A stretch of DNA of 64,000 nucleotides from an uncultured Saprospiraceae bacterium (GTDB taxonomy: Bacteria > Bacteroidota > Bacteroidia > Chitinophagales > Saprospiraceae). Positions 9,537 to 19,889 of this stretch are shown here, in pieces. Position 1 is the stretch's first letter, and each line of letters opens with the position of its first letter. Below the pieces are notes generated by a model. The model made no database searches and was not told where the DNA came from. It saw only the letters and a list, made by a program, of their open reading frames with translations. Position numbers and translations under genes: made by a program. The stretch covers positions 1,092 to 65,091 of the forward strand of contig CALISO010000013.1 of NCBI GenBank assembly GCA_938041445.1. The letters are read 5' to 3'.

Positions 9537-11531
9537 TTATTTGTAGCTTCTTGTTTTGAGTTCGACATTGGCAAATTCCAAGTCTTCTTTGTGGAGAATA
9601 GGCTCGATGTCATTCCACTCCCATGCAGATACATAGGTGTAGTTCTCATCATCTCTTCTTGCTTCTCCCTCTTCTGTCTTATACTCCTCTCTGAAGTGAC
9701 CACCACAAGATTCATTTCTGTCAAGGGCATCGACCATCATCAATTCTCCTAACTCTAGGAAGTCAGCAACTCTGGTTGCCTTCTCCAGTTCTGGATTGTA
9801 ATCTTCAAGATCCCCTGGGATGAATACATCGCGATAAAACTCTTCTCTCAACTCTCTGATCATCTGACGACCTTTCTTAAGCCCTTCAGCATTTCTAGAC
9901 ATACCGCAATACTCCCACATAATATGGCCTAGCCTTCTGTGGAAAGATTCTACAGACTGAGTACCATTGATTGACTTAAGTCTGAGTAGTCTATCAGTAA
10001 CTCCTCTTTCTGCTTCAGCAAATTCTGGGAGATCGGTTGATATCTTATCGGTTCTAATTTCCTTAGAAAGGAATTGTCCAATCGTGTAAGGAATCACAAA
10101 GTAACCATCTGCAAGACCTTGCATCAATGCTGATGCCCCTAATCGATTGGCTCCGTGGTCTGAGAAATTCGCTTCTCCAAGGGCAAATAACCCTGGAATA
10201 TTAGTTTCTAGATTGTAGTCCACCCATACACCACCCATTGTATAATGGACAGCGGGGTAAATTTTCATTGGGTTCTTATATGGATTCTCGCCAGTTATCT
10301 TCTCATACATTTCGAAGAGGTTACCATACTTAGCTTCTACCACAGCTTCACCAAGTTTGGTGATATCAGGATTACTGATCCCTTGTGATATAGCTTCTGC
10401 CTTTCCATACCTTTCTATGGCACTTGAGAAGTCTAGAAATACAGCAAGTCCAGTCTGAGATACACCTTTTCCTTCATCACAAGCAACTTTAGCTGCCCTA
10501 GACGCCACATCTCTCGGTACGAGATTACCAAAAGCAGGATATCTTCTCTCTAAATAATAATCTCTATCATCCTCAGCAATATCGATTCCTTTTTTCTTTC
10601 CTTCTTGAATAGACTTAGCGTCTTCTATTGACTTTGGCACCCACACTCTTCCATCATTTCTAAGTGATTCTGACATTAATGTCAGCTTAGACTGATAGTG
10701 TCCTGACACTGGAATACAAGTTGGGTGTATTTGAGTGAAACACGGATTTGCCATTAAGGCACCTTTCTTGACACTTCTCCACGCTGCACTTACATTTGAG
10801 CCCATCGCATTCGTAGATAAATAGAAGACGTTTCCATATCCACCTGTTGCTAGTACTACACAATGAGCTGCATGTCTTTCTATCTGTCCGTTGAGAAGGT
10901 TTCTTGTGATGATCCCTCTTGCTTTACCATCTACGACTACCAAGTCTAACATTTCGTGACGATTATGCATCTTGACTTGACCTGTCACTATCTGACGAGA
11001 AAGACTTTGGTATGCTCCGATCAATAGTTGCTGACCAGTCTGCCCTCTTGCATAGAATGTACGTGATACTTGCACTCCACCGAAGGATCTGTTGGCTAGT
11101 AGGCCTCCATATTCTCTAGCGAATGGTACTCCTTGAGCTACACATTGGTCAATAATACTTGCACTGACCTCTGCAAGTCTGTGAACGTTAGATTCTCTTG
11201 ATCTGTAGTCGCCACCCTTGATTGTATCATAGAATAATCTATAGGTACTATCTCCATCATTTTGATAGTTCTTAGCTGCGTTGATGCCACCTTGAGCGGC
11301 AATAGAGTGAGCTCTACGTGGACTATCATGGAATGTAAATGCCTTGACATTGTACCCTAATTCAGCCAATGTAGATGCTGCAGATGCTCCTGCAAGTCCA
11401 GTACCTACTACGATAACTTCAATGTTTCTCTTGTTGTTGGGAGCTACTAGATTCATTGAACCTCTATAGTCCGTCCACTTTGACGCCAAATCACCACTTG
11501 GCTCGTTTGATCTAAGATTAAAATCTGCCAT
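9537..11531 (-). CDS. sdhA: Succinate dehydrogenase / fumarate reductase flavoprotein subunit
   Basis: 664 aa. FAD motif [12 protein letters not shown], covalent-FAD His context [15 protein letters not shown], and [12 protein letters not shown]. Confidence 0.95.
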   Translation of the reverse strand: MADFNLRSNEPSGDLASKWTDYRGSMNLVAPNNKRNIEVIVVGTGLAGASAASTLAELGYNVKAFTFHDSPRRAHSIAAQGGINAAKNYQNDGDSTYRLFYDTIKGGDYRSRESNVHRLAEVSASIIDQCVAQGVPFAREYGGLLANRSFGGVQVSRTFYARGQTGQQLLIGAYQSLSRQIVTGQVKMHNRHEMLDLVVVDGKARGIITRNLLNGQIERHAAHCVVLATGGYGNVFYLSTNAMGSNVSAAWRSVKKGALMANPCFTQIHPTCIPVSGHYQSKLTLMSESLRNDGRVWVPKSIEDAKSIQEGKKKGIDIAEDDRDYYLERRYPAFGNLVPRDVASRAAKVACDEGKGVSQTGLAVFLDFSSAIERYGKAEAISQGISNPDITKLGEAVVEAKYGNLFEMYEKITGENPYKNPMKIYPAVHYTMGGVWVDYNLETNIPGLFALGEANFSDHGANRLGASALMQGLADGYFVIPYTIGQFLSKEIRTDKISTDLPEFAEAERGVTDRLLRLKSINGTQSVESFHRRLGHIMWEYCGMSRNAEGLKKGRQMIRELREEFYRDVFIPGDLEDYNPELEKATRVADFLELGELMMVDALDRNESCGGHFREEYKTEEGEARRDDENYTYVSAWEWNDIEPILHKEDLEFANVELKTRSYK

Positions 11532-11544
11532 TGTTGCTATTTTT

Positions 11545-12234
11545 TTATTTAAAGTACATCCAAATCGGAATGATTGCGAATCCTAGCGGGATAAGCACTG
11601 AATATGCATATCCTAGTCCTTTAATTAACGGTGTATACTTCTTATGGTTGAGTCCAAGTGTCTGAAAAGCACTTGAAAAACCGTGAACAAGGTGAAAACC
11701 GAGTGCCAACAAACCAATAAGATAGACAATCACAATCCAAAGTTGACTAAATGCTGCGGCAACTCTAGTGTAAAGGTCTTTGACTCCTATCCCTTCGTAT
11801 CCAGGATACGTATCTATCATTGCTATTTGGCTTGTAAACTTCATTTTGAACCAGAAGTCTCCCATATGGATACAAAGAAATGCAAAAATCAATATTCCAA
11901 GAAAGGCCATATTATTGGATGCCCATGTCTTGTTCTTATAAGTGCTAACTTTATAATTTGATCCCTTTGCACTTTTGTTTTTGATAGCAATCATAATACC
12001 CTGAACGGCATGCAATAGAATAAAAAAGTATAATCCATAAGATGTAAACTTGATCAAAGGATTATTCGTCATAAAGTAAGCATACGTATTAAATGCCTCG
12101 CCTCCATCTCCTGCCATTAGCTGAAAATTACCAAGCAAGTGAACTGGTAGGAATGAAATCAAAAACAAGCCTGTAAGGCTCATAATAATCTTCTTGCCTA
12201 TGCTAGAAAAAAGAAAGTTGATAATCCATTTCAT
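11545..12234 (-). CDS. sdhC: Succinate dehydrogenase cytochrome b subunit (b558 family)
   Basis: 229 aa, 5 predicted TM helices with conserved His residues. First gene of the sdhCAB order. Confidence 0.85.
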   Translation of the reverse strand: MKWIINFLFSSIGKKIIMSLTGLFLISFLPVHLLGNFQLMAGDGGEAFNTYAYFMTNNPLIKFTSYGLYFFILLHAVQGIMIAIKNKSAKGSNYKVSTYKNKTWASNNMAFLGILIFAFLCIHMGDFWFKMKFTSQIAMIDTYPGYEGIGVKDLYTRVAAAFSQLWIVIVYLIGLLALGFHLVHGFSSAFQTLGLNHKKYTPLIKGLGYAYSVLIPLGFAIIPIWMYFK

Positions 12235-12275
12235 ATGTTTCGTAGAATTATAATTTGTGCAATATATTAAGGTAA

Positions 12276-12283
12276 CAAAAATA
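12276..12283 (-). promoter_or_regulatory. Candidate Bacteroidota -7 promoter box (TATTTTTG on minus strand) upstream of sdhC
   Basis: Matches TAnnTTTG, 42-49 nt upstream of the sdhC ATG. This motif is frequent by chance in AT-rich DNA. Confidence 0.3.
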
Positions 12284-12400
12284 TTGCCACTAAGAGGCCT
12301 GTGTCAATTGTTATTTAGAACTGTTCTAATTGAAATCAAACTTAAATCCAAAGAATAGCACAGTAGAATGCGTACATCAATTGAATTGACTATTAACGTC

Positions 12401-12408
12401 TATCTTTG
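12401..12408 (+). promoter_or_regulatory. Candidate -7 promoter box (TATCTTTG) upstream of the porin-like gene
   Basis: Matches TAnnTTTG, about 50 nt upstream of ATG 12459. Confidence 0.3.
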
Positions 12409-12458
12409 TGCTCGATTTTGAAAATACTATGCTTATCAACAATCTGAATTATCAATCC

Positions 12459-13313
12459 ATGAATTTAAAACTTCTTGTAGTTGTCTTATTGCTATCACCA
12501 TTGTCAATGATGGGACAGCAAACTAAAGTAGGTGTAAGAGCAGGCTTGGATTTTGTCTCTGTCTTTGGCCCAAAGGAGACTAATGAGACTAACCCATTCA
12601 GTACAGGTTTTCACTTTGGAATCAATGTCTCAAGATATCTTAACAACAACTTCGGTATCAGAGCGGAGCTTGTCTATCAGCAGAAAGGATTCAGAAAAGA
12701 ATATAAGGGTACTGGATACTATCCTATAAAGGTTGATGATAGTCTATTCTTTGAAGAAGGAAATCTCGACTATGTACTTGAGGTTTCAAATGCCTACGTA
12801 TCACTTCCTATTACATTCCATATTCAGCCTATCAGACAAATAGAGTTCTTTGCTGGATTAAGTGCTAATTTTTTGATTAACCCTGTAGGCAGTGGGATAG
12901 TAGATTACACAAGCAATGTGAATCCAGAAGATATCTTTTTCAGACAGACATTGGGCTATTCATATAATTCTGATACGGCAGGTGGCATCAATACATCTAC
13001 AATCTCACCTCAAGTCTTCATAGGTGATGATATTGTAACAGTCCCTGGTTCTGTTGGAGCTTACTACTTATTTGATGAAACTGACAAACTCTTTTCGTTT
13101 AGAAGATTTGATATTTCTGCAGTAGTTGGAACTCAGATTTATGTCAATAAGAGTTTCTATATCGGTGTGAGGGGTGAATATGGCCTTACAGATTTGACGA
13201 GAGATGAGTTTGATGTAAGTCTTGAGAATATATCTTCAACTGGAGGATTACAACTGAATTCAGACAAGGATCATCAATTTGCGTTAGAGTTATCGGTCGG
13301 ATTTAGATTTTAG
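12459..13313 (+). CDS. Outer-membrane beta-barrel (porin-family) protein
   Basis: The track starts at GTG 12408. I prefer ATG 12459, which gives signal peptide MNLKLLVVVLLLSPLSMMGQQ. Alternating beta-strand pattern and C-terminal SVGFRF. Confidence 0.7.
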   Translation: MNLKLLVVVLLLSPLSMMGQQTKVGVRAGLDFVSVFGPKETNETNPFSTGFHFGINVSRYLNNNFGIRAELVYQQKGFRKEYKGTGYYPIKVDDSLFFEEGNLDYVLEVSNAYVSLPITFHIQPIRQIEFFAGLSANFLINPVGSGIVDYTSNVNPEDIFFRQTLGYSYNSDTAGGINTSTISPQVFIGDDIVTVPGSVGAYYLFDETDKLFSFRRFDISAVVGTQIYVNKSFYIGVRGEYGLTDLTRDEFDVSLENISSTGGLQLNSDKDHQFALELSVGFRF

Positions 13314-15715
13314 AATTGATATCCAATACTGGCATTGATACTTCTTCCAGAGCCATTGACACCAGATGCAAAAGGACGATAGAATGTATCTAATAGGTTT
13401 TCTACAGATATACTCACATTAGTATTTTCTGTTTCTCTGGTCAACCTTAGATTGATAATTGCCCATGATTGTGTTCCAGATGGTAATGCATACTCAGGAT
13501 TGTCTACTGTTCCACCATACTGATCAATTGGTTTCAACCCATTGAAGAGGGTATTGCCGCCGATGACATAATTACCTAGAGTGTAGGTCAGCCCTACCGA
13601 TCCAAACAATGGTGGAATGTGCCCTAGAGGTGACTCCTCGCCTTCTTGGATGCTATTGCCAGTTATCTTAGTCAACTTGCCGTCAAATGCTAGGTTATTA
13701 CCAATTGTCTGCTGGAATGAACAACTGATACCAGTGATCAATCCAGATGCTCCATTGATATTGGATGTAACTGCGTAGACTAAGCCATCAGGTGCTACAT
13801 AGTTAGCACTACCATCGAGCAGAGTACCATCTTCTCGGAGGATGATGTCGTCTATCCATGTCGCATAAACATAGACGTCAGCCTTGGTCTGACCTCTCTT
13901 CATATGGAGACTTCCTTCAATGTTGAATGTCTGCTCAGGAGTCAACTCAGGATTGGGTACAGTGATCTCATCAGTCTTAATTCTTATCTTGGCTAAGTCA
14001 TCGGTGTTGGGTGCTCGATATCCAGTAGCAGCTGAGACCCTAGCTTTGATAATATCAAAATCGTATAGCAAGCTCAATGACCCAACTAATGCATCGGTAT
14101 TATTTGTAATGCCATCGAAGAAGTAGGCTGGCCAGTCGAAGATCTCTCTACTCTCATATTTCATAAAGACTTGCTGACGAGAGTATCGCAGTCCACCCGT
14201 CAACCTTGCCTTGTCTTGCATACCTAGGAGTGTGCCCTTGGCATAGACACCGAGTTGTGACAGAGTATTGCTACCATCCGGGTAACGGGTCAAGGCCGGT
14301 GCTGAGTTGCCCATATCGTCAAGGTTGATAGCTGAAGAACTGAGCCAATTATAGTGAAAGTCCACCCCATATTGGAGAAAGAATTGATCACTAGTGATTT
14401 TAGAAAAGTCAATGGTCAATCCAGCAACCTGGACATTCTCAGTTTGTGTACTGACGAAGCTACTCTCCCTAGATCGTACGATCCTGACTTCTTCCACATC
14501 TTGGAATGAGGCAATTGCGACTAACTTATCAAATAGTGCATTCTTCTTATTGTATGATAATGTGGGGCTGAGCAGCAGGCGGCTCTGCGGTCCATAGTAC
14601 CACTTACGGTAAATGGGAATTCCCGAATCATCAACCAAGGCCAACTGGTCATATCTTGGGATATCTGAGGAGGTTGATAGTTGTCCATTGAGGACCAACT
14701 CAGAATGTGTACCAAGTTTGAATTTGAACTTCTGAATGATGTCGTACTGCGAGTATCCTGTGATCCGCTGAATGTGTGGGTTGAGGTTTTCTCTCAGATT
14801 ATCCTCTCTGTCGAAGTATAGATGAGTCAATCCATAATCTGGAAAATCATCGTACACCCTTGATCGGTTTTGGCCTGACCTTAAGTCATCAAATCGACTA
14901 AGGCTAATAGAAGTCGCTGAGGCAAATTTATCACTCCCATTCTTGTGGATGGCGTTGACTCTCGCTCCTAGGTTGGCAGAAGTGAATTGAAGGTTCAAGC
15001 CTACATTTTGCTCCGTTTTGAACTTGGGATCTAATGTTTTGAAATGAATCACACCTCCTAAGGCATCAGAACCATAAGTCAATGATCCGGGACCAAAGAT
15101 GAGCTCCATCTGGTCAAGGGACGAATGGTCAACCGTGATGGCATTTTGTAAGTGGCCACTTCTGTAAATGAGGTTATTCAATCTGACTCCATCAACAACT
15201 AGGAGGACCTTATTGGCTTCGAAGCCCCGCATGACAGGGCTCCCTCCACCTGCTTGACTTTTTTGAATATAAATATCACCTGACTTCATCATGACATCTG
15301 CTGAGGTATTCGCTTGTAGCGAGGCGATTTCTTTGTTGCTGATGACCTTGATTCTTTGTGGTAGGAGGTCTTCTCTTTCGTAGGCTCTACCAACTATCTC
15401 TACGGTGGACAAGAGTTCGTCATCAGCAGTCATAATGATGGTATTGCCTCCTTGTTCACTCGGTATAATTACTCTTTCTGTAAATCCTAGGTATTGACAT
15501 CTCATTGACGCATCAAGCAAGTTATCCGGAATCTCAACGGCTCCCGACTCATCACTAATGGTATAATAGTCACCATCAATAGCCTCTACAGTGACACCGA
15601 TCAACGGCACCTTCTCACCGTCCAGAAACAGGAATTGAGTCTGAGCCGAAACGAAAGTGATGAAACATATGCTAAGTATTAGCAGGCAGCTGTATCGTAA
15701 AGGTTGTCCCTTCAT
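13310..15715 (-). CDS. TonB-dependent receptor with carboxypeptidase-regulatory-like N-terminal domain
   Basis: 801 aa. Signal peptide, plug motif GGGSPVMRGFEANKVLLVVDGVRLNN, and terminal SIGYQF. Confidence 0.9.
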   Translation of the reverse strand: MKGQPLRYSCLLILSICFITFVSAQTQFLFLDGEKVPLIGVTVEAIDGDYYTISDESGAVEIPDNLLDASMRCQYLGFTERVIIPSEQGGNTIIMTADDELLSTVEIVGRAYEREDLLPQRIKVISNKEIASLQANTSADVMMKSGDIYIQKSQAGGGSPVMRGFEANKVLLVVDGVRLNNLIYRSGHLQNAITVDHSSLDQMELIFGPGSLTYGSDALGGVIHFKTLDPKFKTEQNVGLNLQFTSANLGARVNAIHKNGSDKFASATSISLSRFDDLRSGQNRSRVYDDFPDYGLTHLYFDREDNLRENLNPHIQRITGYSQYDIIQKFKFKLGTHSELVLNGQLSTSSDIPRYDQLALVDDSGIPIYRKWYYGPQSRLLLSPTLSYNKKNALFDKLVAIASFQDVEEVRIVRSRESSFVSTQTENVQVAGLTIDFSKITSDQFFLQYGVDFHYNWLSSSAINLDDMGNSAPALTRYPDGSNTLSQLGVYAKGTLLGMQDKARLTGGLRYSRQQVFMKYESREIFDWPAYFFDGITNNTDALVGSLSLLYDFDIIKARVSAATGYRAPNTDDLAKIRIKTDEITVPNPELTPEQTFNIEGSLHMKRGQTKADVYVYATWIDDIILREDGTLLDGSANYVAPDGLVYAVTSNINGASGLITGISCSFQQTIGNNLAFDGKLTKITGNSIQEGEESPLGHIPPLFGSVGLTYTLGNYVIGGNTLFNGLKPIDQYGGTVDNPEYALPSGTQSWAIINLRLTRETENTNVSISVENLLDTFYRPFASGVNGSGRSINASIGYQF

Positions 15716-16826
15716 TTATCTTAGATGATTTGACAAATATTTTGCCTTGGTGATACTCTTCAATTATTCTCTTTGCAAGTGACAGACCTAATCCCCAACC
15801 ACGTTTCTTAGTAGAAAAACCTGGTTGAAAAACTGTCTTCATTTTATTACTTGGGATACCCTTTCCTGTATCTGATATATCAATATAGATAGAGTTTTCC
15901 AATCTATATACATTCGCTTCTATCTTCCCTTGTCCATCCATTGCATCCAGGGAGTTTCTGAGTAAGTTCTCTACTACCCATTCAAATAAATGGTGATTTA
16001 TTGATGCATTAATAGGGTCTTGATCAGCAACTACATTGAATTCCATTCTCCTGGGTGCCCGCTTTTTCATATAGGCGATGCTCTTGTGAATTACATCAAC
16101 AATATTAGCAGGGTCCAATTTTGGCTTAGACCCAATCTTTGAAAATCTATCAGCGATCAATTCTAATCTCCCTACATCACTACGTAGCTCTTGGACTATC
16201 TCCATCTGATCTGAAGTCATTTGGTCATCCATCTTTAAGTGTTCAATCCATCCAATAATTGCTGAAATAGGTGTCCCTAACTGATGGGCTGTCTCTTTAG
16301 CCATTCCAGCCCATACACGATTCTGTTCTGCCTTCCTAGAGCTAGAAAAGCCTAGATAGCCAAGTAAGATAAAGGCACCTAACATAAAGAACTGGACAAT
16401 TGGGAATAGCTTGATATACGTCAGCAATTTGCTATTCCTATAATAGATATACCTGCTATACCCTCTGGATTCAATTGGCTTTTTACCAGAATCTAGAAAT
16501 TGCTGTTTTTCTTTTTCTAGAAATTTGGTGGTAACCTCTCGATCATAGTTTTCGCCAATTAGATTCCCTTCTTCATCTTCTAGTACGACTGGGATACCTT
16601 CTATTTTTTGAAGAATAAATATTTCTACATTTTGATCATCTTGATCGTTATAATCGGTCTTAGTTACGGACTTCAATGCTTCTGCATAGAGTTCTACACG
16701 ACTACGTTCAAATGCTTCAAGCTGATTGGCCAAATAGCGGGAGTATAGCATTGTCACAAGAACAATGACACCACCGATGATGCCGAGATATAGCTTCCAT
16801 TTGGATTTGCGTTCGTAGATATCCAT
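15672..16826 (-). CDS. Sensor histidine kinase (two TM helices, HisKA + HATPase_c)
   Basis: 384 aa. H-box ETAHQLGTPISAI, N box LLRNSLDAM, G boxes DTGKGIP and GWGLGLSLA. Its 3' end overlaps the TBDR start by 44 nt. Confidence 0.9.
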   Translation of the reverse strand: MDIYERKSKWKLYLGIIGGVIVLVTMLYSRYLANQLEAFERSRVELYAEALKSVTKTDYNDQDDQNVEIFILQKIEGIPVVLEDEEGNLIGENYDREVTTKFLEKEKQQFLDSGKKPIESRGYSRYIYYRNSKLLTYIKLFPIVQFFMLGAFILLGYLGFSSSRKAEQNRVWAGMAKETAHQLGTPISAIIGWIEHLKMDDQMTSDQMEIVQELRSDVGRLELIADRFSKIGSKPKLDPANIVDVIHKSIAYMKKRAPRRMEFNVVADQDPINASINHHLFEWVVENLLRNSLDAMDGQGKIEANVYRLENSIYIDISDTGKGIPSNKMKTVFQPGFSTKKRGWGLGLSLAKRIIEEYHQGKIFVKSSKINEGTTFTIQLPANT

Positions 16827-16881
16827 ACTCTAAGGTAACGTAACAAAGTCTTCTCAGATATACTGTTTTACGACGTATCAT

Positions 16882-16909
16882 AAAAAAAGGGAGACTTATT
16901 AAGCCTCCC
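16882..16909 (-). terminator. Rho-independent terminator after the YceI gene
   Basis: Minus-strand RNA reads GGGAGGCUU-AAU-AAGUCUCCC (one G-U pair) followed by U7. Confidence 0.7.
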
Positions 16910-16937
16910 TTAGTTATATCCTTGGTCTAGTAGTCAA

Positions 16938-17615
16938 TTATCCAGCTACTAAATCTATTTTAAAGACGATGTCATCATTAATTACTTTGTCTTTTAAGTC
17001 ATCAAAAAACTTAGCACTTCCATATGTAACATTGAACTCTGATCTATCTATTGTGAATTCAGGTGTAGATACTTTGACCTTTCCTCCTTCCGTATTAATG
17101 TTAGCCTTGAATCCTACCTCCTTAGTTACATCCTTGATTGTCAAGTTACCGTATACGAGGTGAGTTGCATCTGCATCTCCAGCAAGCTTAGCCACTTTGG
17201 TAATCTCAAATGTTGAAGTCGGGTACTTTTTCACATTAAAGAAGTGATCCTGATTTTCTTCAGCTGAACCTTTCAGGTGTCCTTCGAGATTTGCCTTTCC
17301 TTCTCCATCTAAATCAGTAACCGTAATGGTATTCATATCAATTGTGAACTTTCCACCATCAATATCTCCTGCATCTAGAAATATCTCTCCTTCTTTGATC
17401 ATAATTGTACCGGTATGCTTACCAGCTGGCTTTGAACCAGTCCATCCTATGACACTTGCAGAAGTATTTACCTTGAGTGAGCTGTCGCCATCTGTCTTTA
17501 TTGCAGGCGCTTCAGTTGCATTTTTCACATCTGCTTTAGCAGCTTTATTATCATTAGAGCATGATGCTAGCATAAATAATGCAAGACCTGCAATCAACAT
17601 TGAATAGTATTTCAT
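16938..17615 (-). CDS. YceI-family lipoprotein
   Basis: 225 aa. Lipobox LASC. YceI-like repeats of the beta-barrel pattern (LTIKDVTKEV, FTIDRSEFNV). Confidence 0.8.
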   Translation of the reverse strand: MKYYSMLIAGLALFMLASCSNDNKAAKADVKNATEAPAIKTDGDSSLKVNTSASVIGWTGSKPAGKHTGTIMIKEGEIFLDAGDIDGGKFTIDMNTITVTDLDGEGKANLEGHLKGSAEENQDHFFNVKKYPTSTFEITKVAKLAGDADATHLVYGNLTIKDVTKEVGFKANINTEGGKVKVSTPEFTIDRSEFNVTYGSAKFFDDLKDKVINDDIVFKIDLVAG

Positions 17616-17745
17616 TTAAAAAAATTGGAATTGTGAATTAAAGTTTTGTCTAAATAAGTTAGTCAAACGCCGAAAATACAGACTTTGTTCTGTCTCTCAA
17701 AACTTTTTATGTGGGTAATGAATGCTCAGCAGAATTGGAAAACTA

Positions 17746-18654
17746 TTATTTGACTCCCATCTTTACTTTTTTGCTTACTTCGAATGTCAAGAGTTCGCTT
17801 ACACTTTGAACTATATAAATATTGTCAAGTGAGCATTTCAAATTAGCAACTACTTCGTATCCGGTTATGATCGCATAGATTTCTGGACCAATTGCTCGAC
17901 TCAATTCTTGAATATATTCACTGGTAGTTGACCACTTAAGTTTATCATTGAGAATCGTAACAACTTTGTCAACTTTTTTCATTTTGACAACTTGTGAAAT
18001 GGCTTCCAGAGAAAGATTGGATCCGAACATTAGAACTTCAAAACCTTGACTCTTTAACATAAAGTGGAGGTAAAGCAGGGAAAGTTCATGTGATTGTCCT
18101 TCTGGCAAATAGAGTAAGACTTTAGCTTTATTATTCTTGTGTGAATGATCTTGGCATGTATTAATCTGCCCAATCATCATATTACGTAGCAAATTGGTCA
18201 AAAACTTCTCATGCACCTCAGATATCGATCCAGCAAGCCACATCATCCCCATTTTTTCAAGAAGGGGATTGACTAGATCTTCCATAGTCTGACTCAAGCC
18301 TACTTGGTCGATATGACTATTGAGAATCAGATTTATATTATGCTCATCTAGATTTAAGACAGAGTAGGTTATTGCATCAATGTTATTCTCAAACTTGGAA
18401 TCAACATTATTGAGTTTCGCAGCTATGCCAACCCTTTCATCCATTGACAACTTCGCAATGTTGGATATTTTATAACCATTATTATTGAGAAGAGCAATAT
18501 TCATAATACTCTTGAGGTCTTCCTCGTCGTAGTATCTGATATTCGTTTTCGTTCGTTTGGGCATCACAATAGCATATCGCTTTTCCCAAATACGAATAGT
18601 GTGAGCTTTTACACCAGTAAGTTTTTCAATATCTTTTATCGAATAAACAACCAT
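17746..18654 (-). CDS. MerR-family transcriptional regulator with C-terminal cobalamin-binding-like domain (CarH/LitR-like)
   Basis: 302 aa. MerR HTH (YSIKDIEKLTGVKAHTIRIWEKRY). The B12-cap-like helix has W..G......HE (MMWLAGSISEVHEKF). The Rossmann part has LYLPEGQSHELSLLYL in place of DxHxxG. Confidence 0.75.
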   Translation of the reverse strand: MVVYSIKDIEKLTGVKAHTIRIWEKRYAIVMPKRTKTNIRYYDEEDLKSIMNIALLNNNGYKISNIAKLSMDERVGIAAKLNNVDSKFENNIDAITYSVLNLDEHNINLILNSHIDQVGLSQTMEDLVNPLLEKMGMMWLAGSISEVHEKFLTNLLRNMMIGQINTCQDHSHKNNKAKVLLYLPEGQSHELSLLYLHFMLKSQGFEVLMFGSNLSLEAISQVVKMKKVDKVVTILNDKLKWSTTSEYIQELSRAIGPEIYAIITGYEVVANLKCSLDNIYIVQSVSELLTFEVSKKVKMGVK

Positions 18655-18736
18655 GTCATATTAACTACGTTCTTAAGAAGCATAAAATTCCTAATATTGC
18701 TATTCTTTGCAATGTATGTAATAAACTTAAAAACTT

Positions 18737-19873
18737 ATGAATATTGGCATAGTTTGCTATCCGACATATGGCGGAAGTGGTGTTTTAGCCACTGAATTAG
18801 GTATTGCTTTGAGCAAAAAAGACCATGAAATTCACTTTATCTCCTCAAGCTTGCCAGCAAGGTTGGATTCTTATTATTCTAATATACATTTCCATGAGGT
18901 ACGCAATATGGTTTATCCATTATTTGAATATACGCCTTATGAGACAGCCCTTGCTAGTAAAATAGTGGATGTGATGACGTATGAGAAATTAGATGTACTC
19001 CATGTCCACTATGCCGTACCTCATGCTTCTTCTGCATATATGACTAAGCAAATCTTGAAAAGCAAGGGAATCCATCTTCCTGTAATTACAACCCTTCATG
19101 GCACTGATATCACACTAGTGGGCAACGATCCTTCATATGCTCCGGTAGTAGAATTTAGCATCAATATGTCAGATGGTGTCACTGCAGTATCTAAGTCGCT
19201 CAAGAAGGACACCTTGTACAGATTCAATGTTAAGAAGGAGATTCAAGTTATAGATAACTTTATCGATAAGACCAAATTCCAACGGACTTTCGATATTGAC
19301 CTAAAGAAGCGTTATGGTGAGCCAGATGATATCTTTATTGTACACGTGAGTAACTTCCGACCTGTCAAACGTGTCATGGACGTTATCAAAGCCTGGGAAA
19401 TTGTAAATGCGATTAATCCAAAGGTGAAGCTGATTATGATTGGTGATGGGCCAGAAAGACAAAAGACTGAAGATTATTGTCGTGAAGGAAACTGTGGATC
19501 AATCCACTTCCTTGGTAAGCGTGATGGTATTGGAAAATTTTTGAGCATTTGTGACGTCTTCTTACTTCCATCAGAAAAAGAGAGTTTTGGTCTTGCTGCT
19601 TTAGAAGCTATGGCATGTGGTGTCCCAGTAGTCTCAAGCAACAGAGGTGGACTTCCTGAAGTTAATATCAATGGAGAAACAGGCTACACTTATGATCTAG
19701 GTGATATAAAAGGAATGGCTGAAGGCATTCAAGCAATCATCAAAGACAAGGAAATTTGGTCAGAATTCTCTGACCGATGTATCAAACACTCTATGCAATA
19801 TGATATCAACAATATTGTCCCACAATATGAGAGATATTATAAGAAGATTATTAATCAGAGTAATGTTGACTGA
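18737..19873 (+). CDS. bshA: N-acetyl-alpha-D-glucosaminyl L-malate synthase (bacillithiol biosynthesis glycosyltransferase)
   Basis: 378 aa. Near-colinear by eye with Bacillus BshA: IVCYPTYGGSGVLATELG, HEIHFISSSLP, TTLHGTDITLVG, HVSNFRPVKRV, GDGPE, PSEKESFGLAALEAMACGVP. Confidence 0.9.
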   Translation: MNIGIVCYPTYGGSGVLATELGIALSKKDHEIHFISSSLPARLDSYYSNIHFHEVRNMVYPLFEYTPYETALASKIVDVMTYEKLDVLHVHYAVPHASSAYMTKQILKSKGIHLPVITTLHGTDITLVGNDPSYAPVVEFSINMSDGVTAVSKSLKKDTLYRFNVKKEIQVIDNFIDKTKFQRTFDIDLKKRYGEPDDIFIVHVSNFRPVKRVMDVIKAWEIVNAINPKVKLIMIGDGPERQKTEDYCREGNCGSIHFLGKRDGIGKFLSICDVFLLPSEKESFGLAALEAMACGVPVVSSNRGGLPEVNINGETGYTYDLGDIKGMAEGIQAIIKDKEIWSEFSDRCIKHSMQYDINNIVPQYERYYKKIINQSNVD

Positions 19874-19889
19874 GTTAAAACCATCTTAC

